Source of the DNA: an uncultured Acidobacteriota bacterium
GTDB lineage: Bacteria > Acidobacteriota > Thermoanaerobaculia > Multivoradales > UBA5704
Reading direction: 5' to 3'
NCBI GenBank assembly: GCA_963770895.1
Contig: CAVYRF010000002.1
Coordinates: forward strand, 1,600,001-1,664,000
DNA: 64,000 nt
Shown here: positions 56,670 to 64,000 of the stretch, in pieces
How positions within the stretch are numbered: position 1 is the stretch's first letter
Layout of the letters: each line of letters opens with the position of its first letter
Notes under the pieces: generated by a model
Databases searched by the model: none
Seen by the model: the letters and a program-made list of their open reading frames with translations, nothing else
Told to the model about the DNA's origin: nothing
Program-made: the position numbers and the translations under genes

Positions 56670-57959
56670 ATGGCTCAATCCCTCTGGACCCTCTTGCAGA
56701 GACAGCTTCGGCGCCACCTCGATCCCGAGGAATTCGCCACCTGGTTCAGACCCCTCAAGGTACGCAACGACGGCGATCAAAAGCTGGTCCTGCTGGCGCC
56801 CAATTCGCGCTTTTTGCACACTCTGGAAGAGAGCTACCGGCCGACCGTCGATCGCGCCCTGGCCGGCCTTGACGGGCCCGCATTCGAAGTCCTGTTCTCC
56901 CTGGCCGAGGACGAGGCGGAGCCGACCGAAGTGCCGGTCGTCCTGTCGGACTTCAACCCAAAATACCTGTTCCAAACCTTCGTCATCGGCAAGTCCAACG
57001 AGTTTGCCCATGCCGCGGCGGAAGCGGTTGCAAAAAACCCCTCGCACAGCTACAACCCGCTCTTCCTGTACGGCGGCGTCGGCTTGGGCAAGACCCACCT
57101 GCTGCATGCGATCGGCCACGAGATCCTGCGCAACCAGTCTCACCTGCGCGTGCTCTACCTGGCGGCCGAGCAGTTCGTCAACGAGCTGATCAACTCCATC
57201 CGCTTCGACCGCATGCCGGCGTTCCGCGAGCGCTATCGCACGATCGACGTCTTGATGATCGACGACGTGCAGTTCCTCGCCAACAAGGAGCGGACGCAGG
57301 AGGAGTTTTTTCACACCTTCAACACCCTGTACACCAGCCAGAAGCAGATCATCCTGTCGTCCGACTCTTCGCCGCGCAACATCCCGACCCTGGAAGAGCG
57401 CCTGCGGAGCCGCTTCGAATGGGGGCTGATCGCCGACATCCAGCCACCCGACCTGGAAACCAAGGTGGCGATCCTGCAGCGCAAGGCGTACACCGAAAAC
57501 ATTCAGCTACCCGAAGAGGTGGCCGAATTCATCGCCCAGCAGGTGCGCTCCAACATCCGCGAGCTGGAAGGGCTGCTCAACCGGGTGATCGCCTTCTGCT
57601 CCCTGACCGGCAAGCCCATGTCCCTGGCCTTGGCGCGAGAGACGCTCAAGGACATCCTGCCCGAAGACGGCCGCAAGCCGACCAGCCAGGACATCATCAA
57701 GGCGGTAGCCCGCCACTACGACCTCAAGATCCAGGAGATCAAGAGCAAGAACAACTCGCGCCAGGTGGTGATCCCGCGGCAAGTGGCCATGTACCTTTGT
57801 AAAAAGCTCACCAGCCTGTCCTACCCCGAGATCGGCAAGCTCTTCAACGACAAGCACCATTCGACCGTCATGTATTCGGTGGACAAGGTGCAGCAGACCC
57901 GCACCACCGACGCCGACTTCGACCGCACCGTCCAGGCCCTCGAGCAGCGGCTGACTTAG
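56670..57959 (+). CDS. dnaA: Chromosomal replication initiator
   Basis: YNPLFLYGGVGLGKTHLLHAIG, IDDVQFL, QEEFFHTFN, RLRSRFEWGL, NIRELEG, RQVAMYL and HSTV. Confidence 0.99.
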   Translation: MAQSLWTLLQRQLRRHLDPEEFATWFRPLKVRNDGDQKLVLLAPNSRFLHTLEESYRPTVDRALAGLDGPAFEVLFSLAEDEAEPTEVPVVLSDFNPKYLFQTFVIGKSNEFAHAAAEAVAKNPSHSYNPLFLYGGVGLGKTHLLHAIGHEILRNQSHLRVLYLAAEQFVNELINSIRFDRMPAFRERYRTIDVLMIDDVQFLANKERTQEEFFHTFNTLYTSQKQIILSSDSSPRNIPTLEERLRSRFEWGLIADIQPPDLETKVAILQRKAYTENIQLPEEVAEFIAQQVRSNIRELEGLLNRVIAFCSLTGKPMSLALARETLKDILPEDGRKPTSQDIIKAVARHYDLKIQEIKSKNNSRQVVIPRQVAMYLCKKLTSLSYPEIGKLFNDKHHSTVMYSVDKVQQTRTTDADFDRTVQALEQRLT

Positions 57960-58293
57960 TGCCGGTTGATCTGGTGCCGCAAGCCCCGCCTCCTCCGCTG
58001 GACGCGCCCAACAGCTCCAACGCCCTGTTACCGCCTGTGGAAGGCCCTGCGGACAAGTGCCGCAGGAAGGCTGCGGAAGAACTGCGGAACGTTTGCCGGG
58101 GTCGCGGTTCTGCGCAACGGCTCAGCAGCCCCTCCACAGCTTTCGCACAGCCTCCCTCCGTTGACGCCGTATTCATAAAGCACAGATTCCACGGCTGCTT
58201 ACGCGAGTTTTCCTCTTTTCCCCAGGCACCTTCTACGGCTACGGCTATGGTATATTCAGCTCTCCTTATCAGAGGAGAAGAGCGGGAGAACGC
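57960..58293. other. Probable oriC (dnaA-dnaN intergenic region)
   Basis: Several degenerate DnaA boxes (TGTGGAAGG, TGCGGACAA, CCCTCCACA, TTTCGCACA). TTTTCCCCA-GGCACC-TTCTACGGCTACGGCTAT at 58216-58248 resembles a box + GC tract + DnaA-trio unwinding site. Confidence 0.7.
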
Positions 58294-59517
58294 ATGGAAA
58301 TCCGCCTCAAACGCAACGAGCTTCTGAGCGAGCTGATCCCCATGCAAGGGATCGTGGAGCGTAAGACCACGATCCCAGTGCTGTCGCACCTGCTCCTCGC
58401 CACTCGCGACGACCGGCTGCACCTGGCGGCGACCGACCTCGACGTGTCGCTCACTTCGCGCTGCGACGCCGAAGTGAAAGAGGGCGGCGCCATCGCCGTC
58501 CAGGCCAAGAAGCTGGTGGAAATCATCCGCTCGCTGTCGACGCCGGAAGTGCTGCTGGTGCAGGAGGAGCCGCGGGTGCTGGCGATCCGTGCCGGCAGCT
58601 CGCGCTTCAAGATCCACGGCCTGGCCGCCGACGATTTTCCGACTCTCCCCACTCTGTCCAGCGACACCGGCGTGCGCTCCGTCGAGGTCGGCTTCGCCGA
58701 CTTCCGGCGCATGATCGCCAAGGTGCTGTTCGCGGTGTCAGCCGAAGAATCACGCTTCCAGCTCAACGGCGCGTTGTTCAAGGTGAAGGACGGCGCGCTC
58801 GAAATCGCCGCCACCGACGGGCATCGTCTGGCCCTGGTGGAACGGCGTGAGGATGGGCTGCGCTACGCCGCCTCCGCCCCCGCCAGTCCTGCCGGCGAAG
58901 ACTCCGTGCTGGTGCCGCGCAAGGCCCTGCAGGAGCTGCAGCGGCTCGAAGGCGACGGGACTCTCGAATTCCGCCGCGGTGACCACCACCTGTCGTTCCG
59001 CGTCGGCGAGCGGGAGCTGATCTGCCGCATCCTGGAAGGCACGTTCCCCGACTACGAGCGGGTCATCGCCAAGGACAACGACAAAAAGGTGGTGTTCGAA
59101 CGCAAGGTGCTTGCCGAAGCCGTGCAGCGTGCCGCGCTGATGACCAGCGATCGCGCCCGTGCCGTGCGCATGCAGTTCTCCGCCGGGCAGCTGGTGATCT
59201 CGGCGGTCAGCACCGACCTCGGCGAGGCGGTGGAAGAAGTGGGCTGCGTCTACGACGGCCCGGACTTCCGCGTCGGCATCAACCCCGACTACCTGTCGCA
59301 GTTTCTTGCCGCCGTCGATACCGAGCGGGTCCGTCTCGAACTGAAAGATGAGAACACGCAGTGCGTCGCCTATCCGCAGGATCCACCGCCCGCCGCGGCG
59401 GCGCCTGACGCGCCCGACGCGCGCGACGCGGATGGCACGCCGGATGCGCCGGAACATGCCGCTCAGCCCGCCGCCGGCGGTCGCTACCTGTGCGTGATCA
59501 TGCCGATGCGGATCTGA
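58294..59517 (+). CDS. dnaN: DNA polymerase III beta sliding clamp
   Basis: ERKTTIPVLS, ATDLD, ESRFQLNG, ATDGHRL, EGTFPDYERVI, NPDYL and VIMPMR. Confidence 0.98.
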   Translation: MEIRLKRNELLSELIPMQGIVERKTTIPVLSHLLLATRDDRLHLAATDLDVSLTSRCDAEVKEGGAIAVQAKKLVEIIRSLSTPEVLLVQEEPRVLAIRAGSSRFKIHGLAADDFPTLPTLSSDTGVRSVEVGFADFRRMIAKVLFAVSAEESRFQLNGALFKVKDGALEIAATDGHRLALVERREDGLRYAASAPASPAGEDSVLVPRKALQELQRLEGDGTLEFRRGDHHLSFRVGERELICRILEGTFPDYERVIAKDNDKKVVFERKVLAEAVQRAALMTSDRARAVRMQFSAGQLVISAVSTDLGEAVEEVGCVYDGPDFRVGINPDYLSQFLAAVDTERVRLELKDENTQCVAYPQDPPPAAAAPDAPDARDADGTPDAPEHAAQPAAGGRYLCVIMPMRI

Positions 59518-59529
59518 CGCGGTTGAGCC

Positions 59530-63457
<3,928 letters not shown>

Positions 63458-63558
63458 CTCGGCACGGGCGGCGGCCCGGCGCGGCGCGGCCCCAGGCGGG
63501 CTGCCGTCGCCCCTGCCGCCCACCGCCGGCGCTTGATCCACCGCTTGATAAGGACACC

Positions 63559-64000
63559 ATGAGCGAAGACGAAACTCAGCAGCCTCCCTTCGTGCCGCCG
63601 GGCGAGCAGCCCATCCCGGTGGACATCGAAGACGAGATGCGTCGCAGCTATCTCGATTACGCGATGAGCGTGATCATCGGCCGCGCGCTCCCCGACGTGC
63701 GCGACGGCATGAAGCCGGTGCATCGCCGCGTGGTCTACGGCATGTGGGAAAGCGGCAACCGTTCCGATCGCCCCTACAAAAAGTCGGCGCGCATCGTCGG
63801 CGACGTGATGGGCAAGTACCACCCGCACGGCGACTCCGCGATCTACGACACCGTGGTGCGCATGGCGCAGGACTTCGCCATGCGCTACCCGCTGGTGGAC
63901 GGCCAGGGCAACTTCGGCTCGATCGACGGCGACAATCCGGCGGCGATGCGCTACACCGAAGTGCGCCTGACGCGGCTCGCCGAAGAGATGATCCGCGAGG
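63559..64000 (+). CDS. gyrA: DNA gyrase subunit A, 3'-truncated by the window edge
   Basis: [54 protein letters not shown] and AAMRYTE. Confidence 0.99.
   Translation, partial: MSEDETQQPPFVPPGEQPIPVDIEDEMRRSYLDYAMSVIIGRALPDVRDGMKPVHRRVVYGMWESGNRSDRPYKKSARIVGDVMGKYHPHGDSAIYDTVVRMAQDFAMRYPLVDGQGNFGSIDGDNPAAMRYTEVRLTRLAEEMIRE

Overview
GC-rich bacterial chromosome segment spanning the replication origin. It is most likely from Acidobacteriota, inferred from the acidobacterial-type VWA protein, the bacillithiol operon and the gene order. The left half has glmS, a MutS-V protein, a frameshifted membrane pyrophosphatase, a VWA protein, a large pseudokinase, an ABC exporter, sspB, a small membrane-protein operon, bshC-bshB1-bshA, dusB, tmRNA, mtnA, cutA, tandem lepB and rsmG-parA-parB-bactofilin. 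The right half has rpmH-rnpA-yidD-yidC-jag, two tRNA-Ser, tadA, ffs-dnaX-ybaB-recR, mutY and dnaA-dnaN-recF-gyrB-gyrA. The most unusual part is a ~9.4-kb stretch between rsmG and jag with no host genes, where mnmE and mnmG usually sit. It holds six parS palindromes, five of them inside a higher-order tandem repeat. It also holds about six ~310-bp structured repeats with a covarying 20-bp hairpin, an inverted fragment of a gene 16 kb away, and three IS elements: IS200, IS110 (with a readable bridge RNA) and IS21. A candidate sigma54-driven A/C-rich sRNA lies upstream of dnaA. All calls come from reading the sequence by eye; no database search was run.
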